Shown here one piece after another: positions 29,070-39,351 of a stretch of 64,000 nt of DNA. Within the stretch, counting starts at the first letter, position 1. Each line of letters opens with the position of its first letter. Origin of the DNA: a virus (lineage: Duplodnaviria > Caudoviricetes). The notes beneath the pieces were generated by a model. The model worked only from the letters and a program-made list of their open reading frames with translations. It did not search any database and was not told the DNA's origin. Both the position numbers and the translations under genes were made by a program. Location of the stretch: IMG/VR virus record IMGVR_UViG_3300021400_000046, positions 64,001 through 128,000 of that record. The stretch is one strand, 5' to 3'.

Positions 29070-30245
29070 TTAACCGTTGTGCTTCAAAAGATATTCTCTT
29101 GAAACATTTTTGAAACTAAAGTCATTTGTCGGATCACGAAGTACAACACCTTCGCGCATTACATTAGGATTGACAACAGACTTCGCCGTTGCATATTCCT
29201 TAAATTCCTCCATATCATTCGGCACATGATAATCAACATCGAGAATTGGAACAAATTTCATACCAAAACCAACAATAATCTTCTCTGCATCTACCGATGA
29301 TAAACGCCCTTTATCAGAACGAATGAAGTTAAACACATATAGATCATCTTCTTTTAGTTTTAGAGGATTACCTTGAACGCTACCTACGGACTCCCCCTGA
29401 ATACACACATATTTCAGCTCTGGATTATCAAGTAAATATTGCTTCAACTTTGCCTCAATGTTGTATTTAAGTGCCATTTCCCAATAAATGTTCTTGTCGT
29501 GATAACACTTTTGGTCAATGGATTTCTGCCGGACGTTCCTGGAAAGAACATAGAACTCAAACTTCTTTCTCCCTTTGCGTTCCATGATATATGTAGATGA
29601 AGTTCCATCCAGCTTTTCAGTAACAATCAGAGGTCTTTCATAACCAAGTACCCACGGAATATTTTCGCAGCGTTCCTCGTCTGTCTTATGTACAAATGGA
29701 AAATGAGTAGGAAATGCAAGAGGCTTATCTTTCTTCTTACCAAAGAAAAAGAACATGATCTTTCTGCCGATTTTTGTTCTCATAATCTTGCGCACAATCG
29801 GCTTTCTGAAAATCTTTTGGTGACGAGCTGCCATTGCCTTATACTTATCATTTGGGTTTGCTGTATTTGACTTTCGCACATTATCTTCTGCAACAGCATA
29901 AGTCACTTTCAGCAGATCAGTAACATCGCTACCAACTTCTAACCCGTCCAATTCAGGGAACATGGAAACTGGTAGGAGCAGCCCTTGTGAGTAGACCTTG
30001 CACATCTTCTGTGTTTTGATCTTGTAATGTTTTGCTTGAAGGAATGCAAATCTTTCATCAGTCTCAGGCACTTTGCTATCAACCTCGAAATACACAGCCT
30101 TTTCGCCAACCTTCAACTCACCAAGTCGAATAACACACCACCAACCGTTAGTTCGTGCGTGTTCAACTCTGTCATAGTTTGGGATAGGCCGGACTTCATC
30201 AACGGTTACGATATAAGCCAACGCTCTTTTATCGTTTATAATCAT
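29070..30245 (-). CDS. RNA ligase (DRB0094/Rnl2-like with N-terminal OB fold)
   Basis: SQGLLLP, KTDEER, EKLDGTS, QGE, REGVV, SFK. Confidence 0.9.
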   Translation of the reverse strand: MIINDKRALAYIVTVDEVRPIPNYDRVEHARTNGWWCVIRLGELKVGEKAVYFEVDSKVPETDERFAFLQAKHYKIKTQKMCKVYSQGLLLPVSMFPELDGLEVGSDVTDLLKVTYAVAEDNVRKSNTANPNDKYKAMAARHQKIFRKPIVRKIMRTKIGRKIMFFFFGKKKDKPLAFPTHFPFVHKTDEERCENIPWVLGYERPLIVTEKLDGTSSTYIMERKGRKKFEFYVLSRNVRQKSIDQKCYHDKNIYWEMALKYNIEAKLKQYLLDNPELKYVCIQGESVGSVQGNPLKLKEDDLYVFNFIRSDKGRLSSVDAEKIIVGFGMKFVPILDVDYHVPNDMEEFKEYATAKSVVNPNVMREGVVLRDPTNDFSFKNVSREYLLKHNG

Positions 30246-30456
30246 TTGATTTCCTCACAGTCTTATTTTTCTTTTTATTATTTGCTTTCTTTCTTGCCAT
30301 CCTTGTTTTCATAACTATTTCTTGCGGAGTAAAAATTAGCGGAATTGGTTTTGTTTCTGAATAGCACTTCGGGCAACGATATAACTTATATGACTTTTTA
30401 TTCGGCTCAAATCTCATAACTGATCGCATAAGCGTGTTGCAATGCTTACAAAACAT
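30229..30456 (-). CDS. Zn-ribbon hypothetical protein
   Basis: CKHC...CPKC. Confidence 0.6.
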   Translation of the reverse strand: MFCKHCNTLMRSVMRFEPNKKSYKLYRCPKCYSETKPIPLIFTPQEIVMKTRMARKKANNKKKNKTVRKSNDYKR

Positions 30457-30458
30457 TT

Positions 30459-31031
30459 TTATCCCTCCTGTACAGGCATTTCATTTCCCCAAACATCGAA
30501 ACCTGGATGCTCATAACGGGCATATAATTCAAGTTTTTTCAAGTTTGGATAAAGGCGATTGATAATTTCGTATGAAAGCTCTGGCTTTTGGCTATGCCGC
30601 CTAACTTGTTCTGTAAAAACAGTATGTATTTTACCGCGTTCATCTGGTGCAACTGGAATAAGTTTACCTTTGTACATATAAAGCAGATACTCATGCCCAA
30701 ATCTAACCGTGAATGCTGCTGGAATACCAGTGACTTTATTCCAGACCATCCTTGCATGAAGTTTATAACCCAATTCTTCGGCTATTTGTTGTGCTTCAAA
30801 TAGGTATTTATCAATAGTCCAAAGAAACAAAATTGAGTTCTCCCCCGGAGCAAGGCTTGTAGCTTGCCGCAAATGATCTTTGATTTCTTCAAGTGAACAC
30901 ACCGGGTAATCAAGCTCTGTGCCACTGCTTTGTGGTCTAACACTTTTCTTCCCGCCTTTTGCTTGCCTCCAAGGTGGATCGGCAAGAATTAGATCATATT
31001 GCCTATCTGTTTTCCAAATATCAACTCGCAT
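30459..31031 (-). CDS. MT-A70-family adenine methyltransferase
   Basis: ADPPW, LFLW, WNK, HSQKPE, LELYAR, WGNE. Confidence 0.9.
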   Translation of the reverse strand: MRVDIWKTDRQYDLILADPPWRQAKGGKKSVRPQSSGTELDYPVCSLEEIKDHLRQATSLAPGENSILFLWTIDKYLFEAQQIAEELGYKLHARMVWNKVTGIPAAFTVRFGHEYLLYMYKGKLIPVAPDERGKIHTVFTEQVRRHSQKPELSYEIINRLYPNLKKLELYARYEHPGFDVWGNEMPVQEG

Positions 31032-31266
31032 GGTTTACTCCTGTGAATAGTTGAATTGCTGTGTAAATCAAAAACACAATTATTAAGATAAATATAGAGC
31101 AAAGTGAAAAGAACGAAACCGCAGCAAGTATATTTGACACTTTCTCATTCTTATTTTTGTTTCCTTTCGCTCTGTCTGAGAAATATCCGCAAAAGAAGAA
31201 TGAAACAATGGTCATTAACGCCAATGCAATGAAAATCGCTAATGAAATATCAAATACTCTACTCAT
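31021..31266 (-). CDS. Small membrane protein
   Basis: Two TM segments. Confidence 0.6.
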   Translation of the reverse strand: MSRVFDISLAIFIALALMTIVSFFFCGYFSDRAKGNKNKNEKVSNILAAVSFFSLCSIFILIIVFLIYTAIQLFTGVNHAS

Positions 31267-32066
31267 TGTAATGCAATCCTTTTAACTGTGTTATATACTT
31301 CTTCCCATGAATTAACACGAATCATGTCATTTAATTCTGCATTATAACTTTTATTGTGTGGTGCAGACATTAAAATTTTGTGATAATCGCCGCCTTCTAA
31401 ATTATGAGTCCCATCATCAATCAAGAAATCAGCTTTAATCATTTGCTTATTATGTGCTACAATAATTTTTCGCCAATCAATAAACGGGAAGTATCTCTTA
31501 ATAATAGCTTCATATTTTGGTTTTACATTTCTGTAATCTGTAGAAGTGCAAAGATAAACATTAAAACCATCATTCACCATCATTTCCAAATACTTGATCG
31601 CCCCCGGTATCGGCTCAATCGTGTACCAGAAATCATCATCATGCAGCGGTTCATAAACCTGTTCTTTTGTTAGAGAAGGAAAGAATTTAGATACATCCCA
31701 ATCTGTAATATCCTCATGCTTGACGAATGTGCCATATCGTTCATTAAGCCATCTACACCAAGCACCGCACAAATCTTCAATCGTATCATCAATATCAACC
31801 AAGACGGTAAAATCTTCTGGTTTCTTACCATCGTTATCAATCCACTTTCCCATATCAAGATAACCTTGCACATATGAAGTAGCCACAGTATAAATTCTTT
31901 GCCCGCAGCAATTACATATTCCATATATCTTTTCGCCGTCATATTCATAGTGGAACATATTAGAGCCGCATTCACACGGGTTCTTCTGACCTTCAATAAA
32001 GAACTGCCACAGTTCAGTCCCGTTATCATGGTATAATGTTTTCATCTTTGTATCACATCTTTTCAC
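31263..32066 (-). CDS. 5'(3')-deoxyribonucleotidase (HAD) with N-terminal Cys domain
   Basis: VDIDDT, LIDD...NL, APHN. Confidence 0.8.
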   Translation of the reverse strand: MKRCDTKMKTLYHDNGTELWQFFIEGQKNPCECGSNMFHYEYDGEKIYGICNCCGQRIYTVATSYVQGYLDMGKWIDNDGKKPEDFTVLVDIDDTIEDLCGAWCRWLNERYGTFVKHEDITDWDVSKFFPSLTKEQVYEPLHDDDFWYTIEPIPGAIKYLEMMVNDGFNVYLCTSTDYRNVKPKYEAIIKRYFPFIDWRKIIVAHNKQMIKADFLIDDGTHNLEGGDYHKILMSAPHNKSYNAELNDMIRVNSWEEVYNTVKRIALQ

Positions 32067-32275
32067 AACAGTATTTAATCATAAATAAAAACGTCAATCA
32101 ACATTGACACCGATATATTCTAAATCTGTGTTCATTTGGTTATCCTTAATTATCTTTTTCAATATATGAATATGCTCCTGGGATTAACTGGACTTTATTC
32201 TTTACATCAAGAGCGTCATCATAATTAAGCCCACTTGCATAAACATAATCATCACCGTCTGCGCCAATCATAACT

Positions 32276-33307
32276 CTATATTTTACTTCTTCCATCAATT
32301 TGTTTCCTTTGCTTTACATACTCTCTAAAACTTCGCGTGTACTGATAACTGTCCTTGAAAACAATATTCACAGCCTTTAACAGTTTTGGTTCATACTTTT
32401 CGATGATTGCCAATTCTTCTTCAAGATTTCTACCGTAAGGGCAACCAACACAGCCGGTTCGTTTTAGACCATATTTTGCATAGCAATCTGAGTGTTGTAC
32501 ATTGAATAGCTTATCGTACAGTTCTTCATCAGCGTCAACATACCAGAAAAGCGGCCTGTACTGAGAGGCTTTCAATTTCTCGTCGTTGTTCGTAAAACAG
32601 TTTTTATAAGCAGATGATCTAACACCGCCTTCAGCCTTGCGGACTCCGATTATTGTCAGGTCACAACCCTCTTTTTCGTTAAATCTGTTGCCTACCTTTT
32701 TCTTTGCGTATGTGCAGCACTTCGAGCTGATCTTAAATTTCGGTGGATTTTGGATGATAAACTCTTTGAGATATTTATTGTAGTCAATATTGAACTGGAT
32801 GCTCTCAAAGTGGTTAGTCCACCAACCAATTGCCGTTTTGCATTTTGGGTATTTGGCAATTAGGTTTTCGTATGTATCATCTTCCCATTGGAAGTTATGG
32901 CGCTGAAGGCGCTCAATCATATCAGATACACGCTTAGACAAAAACGGTTGCCCGTATTCTTTGCAAGAAATAGGAATTGGTTTAATTGCTTTTTCTCTGC
33001 AAATCTTAACTCCATACTTCTGTTCAAGATAATCAAGGTGATCTTTCGTTGCCTGGTACTCAATGCCGGTATCAAACCATACATACTTTACTCTGTTTCT
33101 CTTATCAACGCGGGAAATCAGATCAAGCATAATATCGCTATCCTTGCCACCGCTGATAGAGCAGCATGGTTTACTAAACCGGCTAATCACATTTCCAGCC
33201 TTTAGGAGACTATCATGGATCGCGTAACTACCGTTTGTTCGCGCATAATCCAATAACTCTGTCAAGCTGGGAAATGAAGTAGATTTTTTATTAACATTTT
33301 CGTCCAA
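32276..33307 (-). CDS. PAPS-reductase-family protein
   Basis: SGGKDS, FDTG.E, KCC...KK, G.RKAEG, RTGCVGCP; exact start uncertain. Confidence 0.85.
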   Translation of the reverse strand: MDENVNKKSTSFPSLTELLDYARTNGSYAIHDSLLKAGNVISRFSKPCCSISGGKDSDIMLDLISRVDKRNRVKYVWFDTGIEYQATKDHLDYLEQKYGVKICREKAIKPIPISCKEYGQPFLSKRVSDMIERLQRHNFQWEDDTYENLIAKYPKCKTAIGWWTNHFESIQFNIDYNKYLKEFIIQNPPKFKISSKCCTYAKKKVGNRFNEKEGCDLTIIGVRKAEGGVRSSAYKNCFTNNDEKLKASQYRPLFWYVDADEELYDKLFNVQHSDCYAKYGLKRTGCVGCPYGRNLEEELAIIEKYEPKLLKAVNIVFKDSYQYTRSFREYVKQRKQIDGRSKI

Positions 33308-33421
33308 TATTACTTCTATTCCTCCGATCTTATGTGCTGAAAATAGTCGTTGATCTACTGTACTGAAAATACAAAACACCAATAACTGCGGAGAAGCATT
33401 TTCAGATTTAAGATAAAAAAT

Positions 33422-33513
33422 CTATTTTAATTCCTCCGCATTTTTTATAAATGCAATCCAATGCGTAGTCATGTGTTTACCACTTCTATGCCCGTACCTT
33501 TGGTTTCACTCAT
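33422..33513 (-). pseudogene. Internally deleted remnant of a phage SAM-dependent methyltransferase
   Basis: MSETK start joined out of frame to YGHRSGKHMTTHWIAFIK, a typical C-terminus of that family. Confidence 0.5.
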
Positions 33514-33856
33514 TTGCAACACCAAGTTTTTCAAGAAGTTTTGAATATTCGCGATCTGCCGATTGGTAATTCTTTGCGTACCAAAAAGCAAACTTGATTC
33601 TACTCATTGGTTTCACTTTTCGGAGTTCACAAAGCGTTCTGTAAATGTAATAAGAATAACGCGGTGTATTGTCTTGCGAAATTTCGCCGGTCAAAAACCC
33701 AATACTATACAACAATTCAATGACTGAGGCATACGCCTCTTGTATATTTCTTTGCCTTTTAACAAGAACACAGTTCGAGCATTTATCATTTACATTTCGC
33801 TGTTCTTCGCTCATTATCTGGATTAAACTGTTTATATCAAGCAGATCAATCACCAT
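33506..33856 (-). CDS. Hypothetical protein
   Basis: ORF in operon. Confidence 0.6.
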   Translation of the reverse strand: MVIDLLDINSLIQIMSEEQRNVNDKCSNCVLVKRQRNIQEAYASVIELLYSIGFLTGEISQDNTPRYSYYIYRTLCELRKVKPMSRIKFAFWYAKNYQSADREYSKLLEKLGVANE

Positions 33857-34018
33857 CCTTTTATGCCTTCAACATAGCCAGTAGCAGCCCAAACCAGGCA
33901 AGCAGACATTGAAACTACATATTGAATACCAACATCCCAACTATTTTTAATTGCATAAAAGAGCAAACCAAGTGAGACAAATCTGAAAATATTTAACAAA
34001 AACTTCATTCTGTTTCTC

Positions 34019-34477
34019 CTATGTTAAAACTGTTCTGCATTTCTTGTTGCCGTAATCACTTAGTATTTCAGCTTCAAATAGCGCATCAATTACATCTGTT
34101 TCAATATCAAACAAGTTAGTAGAAAAGAAAACATTACTGCCGCAAAAAGTCATAAGGCTTGTACTATTTTCTGTATATTGCATAACAACGATTTTCTTTC
34201 CTTTTGCGTAAGCGTAACCTTGTTCCCAATTCGTACCCGCTGTTCCATATCGTCCAGGGCTTATCATCAGAAACACATCACACTCATTGAGTGCTTCAAT
34301 GTCTTTATCAAATACTTTCTTCGACCACGCCTCTTGACTCATACTCCAAGCATCAGGAATTTTAAGCTCAAATGGACAGTACACGGTGTAGTTTTCGCTT
34401 CTGAGTTTCGCCGCGATCCGCTGCATCATAGTACGCTGCTCTGAACTACAAGAACCGGCAAGATAGATTTTCTTCAT
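34019..34477 (-). CDS. Nucleoside 2-deoxyribosyltransferase-family protein
   Basis: KIYLAG, D...L.ECD, GT.WE.GYAYA.GK. Confidence 0.85.
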   Translation of the reverse strand: MKKIYLAGSCSSEQRTMMQRIAAKLRSENYTVYCPFELKIPDAWSMSQEAWSKKVFDKDIEALNECDVFLMISPGRYGTAGTNWEQGYAYAKGKKIVVMQYTENSTSLMTFCGSNVFFSTNLFDIETDVIDALFEAEILSDYGNKKCRTVLT

Positions 34478-34794
34478 TCTTTATCCTCTTGCTCTCTCAT
34501 ATCTGCCCCACAGAACGGGCAGAACATATCTTGCTGTTCATAATAAGTTTCATCAATATCAATATTTAATTTATAAGCATAGGCATCTTCGTTACCACAA
34601 ACAGAACACTTACTATAACAACCACGCAGCCTAATCCAATGACCTCTAACAACTGGCCTAACATCTGCCGGAGTAGCATCTTTAATAAAGTGTTCAACAT
34701 CACGATACCTAACCCATACGCCGCTATTATTTACGCCTTTCATAAACAGATCGTCGTACCAATTCAGCGCATCAACATCTATGTATTTAGCCAT
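34474..34794 (-). CDS. Phage Zn-ribbon protein
   Basis: YID.DAL...GHW...CSVC...CPFCGADM. Confidence 0.7.
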   Translation of the reverse strand: MAKYIDVDALNWYDDLFMKGVNNSGVWVRYRDVEHFIKDATPADVRPVVRGHWIRLRGCYSKCSVCGNEDAYAYKLNIDIDETYYEQQDMFCPFCGADMREQEDKE

Positions 34795-34977
34795 TTAGTT
34801 ATCTACCTCGACCTTTTGTAAACTGCAATCTGTAAATACCGGACATTTGTTAGTATCATTACAAGCGATAGCGCGCAATGAGCAACCAATCCATGACACA
34901 CCATTTCCATTTGTTCGTCGCATCGAATAATCGCATTTTTCTGGTGTTTCTGGCATCTTATCTACAAGAATTTTCAT
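34795..34977 (-). CDS. Hypothetical protein
   Basis: MKILVDKMPE..C pattern, RBS. Confidence 0.6.
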   Translation of the reverse strand: MKILVDKMPETPEKCDYSMRRTNGNGVSWIGCSLRAIACNDTNKCPVFTDCSLQKVEVDN

Positions 34978-34987
34978 TTTAGTTCCT

Positions 34988-35299
34988 TTATAATTCTATT
35001 TCTGTTGCGCTATAAATATATTTAAGTTCTGATCCAGGCAAAATACAAAACCTTATAACATCATTGATAAATGTTTCATCAATAATATTTTTAATATCAA
35101 TTAAAATATAGCCTTCTGAAAACTTATATCCTCTTGAACAATCCCTTGCCGGGACAAATCTTAAATATGATCCATCTATAAATTCAATACAAAGGTTTGA
35201 CCGAAACACTTTTTTAATTTTATTATTTGGAATTTGATTTATTAGTGCATTATATTCTTGAATTGCAAATGCTTTATTCGCGTACCAAATACCAATCAT
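34988..35299 (-). CDS. Hypothetical protein
   Basis: ORF. Confidence 0.55.
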   Translation of the reverse strand: MIGIWYANKAFAIQEYNALINQIPNNKIKKVFRSNLCIEFIDGSYLRFVPARDCSRGYKFSEGYILIDIKNIIDETFINDVIRFCILPGSELKYIYSATEIEL

Positions 35300-35355
35300 T
35301 CTTTTTCGTTTAGTGGTTTCTATATAAACACCGCCTTATTATCGACTAAATTGTA

Positions 35356-35384
35356 TTGACAATTTGCCGCAATTTTGATAGAAT
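35356..35384 (+). promoter_or_regulatory. sigmaA promoter of moron-like gene
   Basis: TTGACA-17-TAGAAT. Confidence 0.75.
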
Positions 35385-35416
35385 GAAATTACAAACTAAA
35401 CATAGGAGGTTTTATC

Positions 35417-35644
35417 ATGGCTGAACGTAAAACCAGAACCAAAGAGGAACGTATCGCTGAGATTGACAAAAAGATTGAAGCGCACAAGAAATCTATCGTA
35501 ACTCTTGAAGCAAAGAAAGAAGCGATCTTGAACCCGAAACCGAGGACACGCAAGGCTAAGAGCGTCGGCGCAATTATCGCAAAGGCGAAGGAAGCTGGCC
35601 TCACGCCGGAAGAAATCGCATCGAAACTCGGAGTAGAAATCTGA
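35417..35644 (+). CDS. Small basic coiled-coil protein (counter-oriented moron)
   Basis: AGGAGG RBS, own promoter and terminator. Confidence 0.85.
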   Translation: MAERKTRTKEERIAEIDKKIEAHKKSIVTLEAKKEAILNPKPRTRKAKSVGAIIAKAKEAGLTPEEIASKLGVEI

Positions 35645-35653
35645 ACACCATTT

Positions 35654-35685
35654 AGGAGTGTGCTTCGGCGCACTCCTTGTCTTTT
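35654..35685 (+). terminator. Terminator
   Basis: AGGAGTGTGC-TTCG-GCGCACTCCT followed by T-rich tract. Confidence 0.8.
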
Positions 35686-35752
35686 AATTCGTTCCTAATT
35701 CTCATAAACGTTTCGCCTGAAAACACCACAAAACCCATCATTCAATTTGCCA

Positions 35753-36154
35753 TCATAATTGATTACAACACAAATTTTCTGGATGCCATTCCATAACGCA
35801 AAATGGGTAGTAATCGTCATAGTCTTTAGTCCCTACTCTCAAAACAACAAGATTAGTTTTGCAATCAGTAAGTACAAGCACATCATTATCACCAGATTCC
35901 ATTGATGCTTCGACACGAACGTTTGGTAGCTTTATTTTGCAAGGAGTGATTTCTTTTACAAGTTCCTCACAGTATGATCTATAACCATCAGAAGGATTTT
36001 CAACTGCAACATAGGCACAATTATCAAGCTCAAATTTCACATACTGGCATTCTTCTGAACTCCAATCATCACGCCTTACAATCATTCCAGTTTCAATTCC
36101 ACTAAAAATATGCTCACCGCAAAGGTCTTTTAACTCCATAATAACCTCCAACAT
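35753..36154 (-). CDS. Hypothetical phage protein
   Basis: ORF with GGAGG RBS; D..DGYRS-like motif. Confidence 0.65.
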   Translation of the reverse strand: MLEVIMELKDLCGEHIFSGIETGMIVRRDDWSSEECQYVKFELDNCAYVAVENPSDGYRSYCEELVKEITPCKIKLPNVRVEASMESGDNDVLVLTDCKTNLVVLRVGTKDYDDYYPFCVMEWHPENLCCNQL

Positions 36155-36898
36155 CTAAACAGAATAACTTTCCCACGGGATTTTGACTTTGAATTTGCTC
36201 TTGTAGTAAGTGCAACCCACACCAGAGTCACGACACCATTCATCCAGGAAAGTTTGTAAGTCTTTCACACTTTCATCCGAAATCCGTTCAGAAGCATCTT
36301 CATACAAATCTTCTGTCGCACTGTCAATTACATCTTGTGCATCAATTCTGAACTGTTCGCCAATAGCAAGCCAAACATATTCAGGTCGCTCAGTATCATG
36401 CTCTTGATCGTCAAACCAATACTCAAAGAAATCTTCCCAATCAAAGAAGTAACCATCGTTTTGTGGATAGCCTTCGAAGTAAAAGCCGTGAGGCTGCGCC
36501 AATTCTGCATCTGTTGCAATCGACGCATTACTAAGCATTTTGGCAGACTTCTTCGCCTGTTCTACTGCGTCAAGCTCACGCTGCTTTTCACAGTTATGCT
36601 TTAAGTGGCCTTTTGGCAAAATATCGCCGCACAGCTTACACCTATTAACAACGCCGTTGTAGCAATGCTGACAGAATGAAATCGCTTGATGTTTATATGG
36701 GAAGAAACCATGTGATCTATCTGGATCATCTGAAAGCCCATATGGGTTATCTTCAATGGTCATTCCAGTGCCGAAACAATACGGGCAGATTTCTTCATTG
36801 TCGTGTAAATCCTTACGAAGATTTGCACTGGTTAGTTTTTCAATGTATTCTTTTGCCGTAACAAATACAGTTGTTGGCTTTACAAATTCAGTTTTCAT
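36155..36898 (-). CDS. Hypothetical protein with DnaJ-like Zn finger
   Basis: CPYCFGTG...CQHCYNG. Confidence 0.65.
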   Translation of the reverse strand: MKTEFVKPTTVFVTAKEYIEKLTSANLRKDLHDNEEICPYCFGTGMTIEDNPYGLSDDPDRSHGFFPYKHQAISFCQHCYNGVVNRCKLCGDILPKGHLKHNCEKQRELDAVEQAKKSAKMLSNASIATDAELAQPHGFYFEGYPQNDGYFFDWEDFFEYWFDDQEHDTERPEYVWLAIGEQFRIDAQDVIDSATEDLYEDASERISDESVKDLQTFLDEWCRDSGVGCTYYKSKFKVKIPWESYSV

Positions 36899-38376
36899 TA
36901 TGTCTTTAATCCCATTTCCATATACAGTTCATCAACTGCGTTACCTTTACGCTGCACACAATCGTATATTCTTTCTTCGATTGAGTCATTAGCCTGAAGG
37001 AATATGTAGGTACATTTACTATCCTGACCGGCACGATGGATTCTATCTTGGCTCTGCTTGTATTCTTCGTAACTGTAACTGAGCGAATAATAGATGTTGT
37101 AAGTACAGTTCACAAATGTTAAGCCTTTACCGATCAGCTTCGGATGGGCGAACAGTAGATCAATTTCACCGTTCTTGAATTGCCGGATAATATCATCACG
37201 GTTCTTCGTTTTGGAAGTTAGGGCAACGCCGCCGAATTTAGCCGCAAGACTTTCACATTCATGGTTGAACTGACACCAGACGATAATTGGCCTATCCTTG
37301 ATTTCTGCAATGGTTTCTTCAAGTAGTTTGTCTTTGTTGTTTTCAAAACAGTTTATCGAGCCGTCTTTTTGAATGGTAAAACCGCTTGCAACCTCACGGA
37401 GCTTCATCAGTTTTGCCGTAAACTCAAATTTGCTCCATTCGTTGATATGAGAAACAATATCATTCAAGAAACTATCGTAAATGACACGCTGTTCTTTTGC
37501 CATATCAAACTTGCGGATTTCAAAGACTTTATCAGGCAGATCAATACAATCTTCTTTCTTAATGAAGATCGAGCTGCCGGACAATTTTGAGAAGTACCGT
37601 TCCTTGTCCTCGTCTGTCTGATACCAGACGTGCGGGTTAGCCATATCTTGATGAAAATACCTTGCAAGAAAACCGTAGTAGTTGTTGCCGAACACATTAC
37701 CGACGAATTTCATCTGAGGATAAATCTCGCTGTTGTGGTTAGGAGTAGGGCAACCGCTCAAAACAAATCTGTGTGGGATAACTGTAGTAAAGTCAAGGAT
37801 TGCAGAAGTGATCTGGCTTGACATATTTTTCATTACGCTGCTTTCGTCAACGATCATGCAATCAAATCCGGCTTTCAAAATTCTGTTCTTCAAAATCTTG
37901 AAACTGTCGTAATTCATCACATAAATGTCAGCAGGAGTGTTCAACTTTTTAATGCGTCCAAGTTTCCCCTTATCCCAGCAGTTTATGATACTTTTTGATG
38001 GAAAAAACCGCCTACAATCGTCAATCCAGGCCGTTTCTATAACCGAAAGTGGACATAAAATGAGTGTTTTATTGTAGTGTCTTGCGAGTTCCAATCCCAT
38101 CACAGTTTTGCCAGTTCCTGTATCTGCGAAGATACCAAAGCTACCAGCATTCAGAGCTTTGTTGACAATGTTCTTTTGAAACGTCCAAAGGAAATCAGAT
38201 AACTCAAATTGCTTTTCTTCTGCTTTTGTAATGTCATGCTCTTTCGGCAACAAGCCAAATTGCATAAGCTGGTATCTCGTTGCCTCTGGAACCAACCATT
38301 TCCCATCGTGGAATTGACGGCCTTCGATAGTCCTTATGTAAGGGATTTTCTCAACGGGTACTTGCAACTCAATCAT
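36898..38376 (-). CDS. SNF2-like superfamily II helicase
   Basis: DTGTGKT, VDES, LSG.P, GL.F, QSQDRIHRAGQ. Confidence 0.9.
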   Translation of the reverse strand: MIELQVPVEKIPYIRTIEGRQFHDGKWLVPEATRYQLMQFGLLPKEHDITKAEEKQFELSDFLWTFQKNIVNKALNAGSFGIFADTGTGKTVMGLELARHYNKTLILCPLSVIETAWIDDCRRFFPSKSIINCWDKGKLGRIKKLNTPADIYVMNYDSFKILKNRILKAGFDCMIVDESSVMKNMSSQITSAILDFTTVIPHRFVLSGCPTPNHNSEIYPQMKFVGNVFGNNYYGFLARYFHQDMANPHVWYQTDEDKERYFSKLSGSSIFIKKEDCIDLPDKVFEIRKFDMAKEQRVIYDSFLNDIVSHINEWSKFEFTAKLMKLREVASGFTIQKDGSINCFENNKDKLLEETIAEIKDRPIIVWCQFNHECESLAAKFGGVALTSKTKNRDDIIRQFKNGEIDLLFAHPKLIGKGLTFVNCTYNIYYSLSYSYEEYKQSQDRIHRAGQDSKCTYIFLQANDSIEERIYDCVQRKGNAVDELYMEMGLKT

Positions 38377-39307
38377 TTACTGATCCATCCGTCTGTTTCT
38401 TTGCGGCACGAGCTGCTTTCTTCGCTTCTTTTTCTGCCTTTGCTTTTGCAGATTGTTCTTTTCCAAGAATTAACTGCTCTGCAAACCGCTCTTTCATCTT
38501 CTCGATAGAATCATCTGTTTCAAGAACAGAATCATCCCAAACAGAAAATCTCTTTTCATTTGCGAGATTATAGAAATCTTCATTTAGTTCAATACCGATT
38601 GCATTTCTATGGTTCTCAATAGCGACCTTATTTACAGTTCCAGCTCCGGCGAAAGGATCAAGAACGGTATCGCCTGGGCAAGACCATAATTTAATGCAGC
38701 GTTTTACAAGTTCCTCTGCAAATGGGGTTGTATGACCGATACCTGAGTTTGAGATAACCCACATACCGTCAGCCCAATCAGCCCATTCAGCAAGTGTAAT
38801 ATCAGAAGCCTTGATTACTTCACAATCTCCCGCCTTTTTGTAAACATAAACAAAACCAACATTGGCTGCGAGGATCGTATCTCTTGCCTTCATATTGCGG
38901 TAATAAAGGTTTCCTTGCGCAAGCATGGCTCTCTGTGCGCTGTACTTACGCCAAAACGCTTTTGTCCAAAGAGAAAAACCATTGTCAATGAAAATCTTGT
39001 TAATATCACCGGTAAGGCTTTCTTGCCCATTCTTGCCATCTCTACCCAACGTATAGTTGTAATCTTCATATTGGATTACAAACTTACCCCCTGGCACAAG
39101 AACTCTCTGGCACTCTGCAATCACAAGACCGAGAAGATAATAGTATTCTTCATAAGTCTCACAGTTTGATAGATCGCAAGGATCATTACTATAAACGCGA
39201 AGATTATGATAGGGAGGCGAAGTGATAACAAGATGCACACTTTCGTCCGGCAGTTTCTTTAACTCCTTCAGACAATCACCGTGGATCCATTTATTATCTA
39301 ATCTCAT
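38369..39307 (-). CDS. N4/N6 DNA methyltransferase (beta class)
   Basis: GDC, ITSPPY, VLDPFAGAGT, GIELN. Confidence 0.92.
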   Translation of the reverse strand: MRLDNKWIHGDCLKELKKLPDESVHLVITSPPYHNLRVYSNDPCDLSNCETYEEYYYLLGLVIAECQRVLVPGGKFVIQYEDYNYTLGRDGKNGQESLTGDINKIFIDNGFSLWTKAFWRKYSAQRAMLAQGNLYYRNMKARDTILAANVGFVYVYKKAGDCEVIKASDITLAEWADWADGMWVISNSGIGHTTPFAEELVKRCIKLWSCPGDTVLDPFAGAGTVNKVAIENHRNAIGIELNEDFYNLANEKRFSVWDDSVLETDDSIEKMKERFAEQLILGKEQSAKAKAEKEAKKAARAAKKQTDGSVND

Positions 39308-39351
39308 TCAATCATTCCTTGTTTCAAGTTTTCAATACTGTTTTTAAGCGG

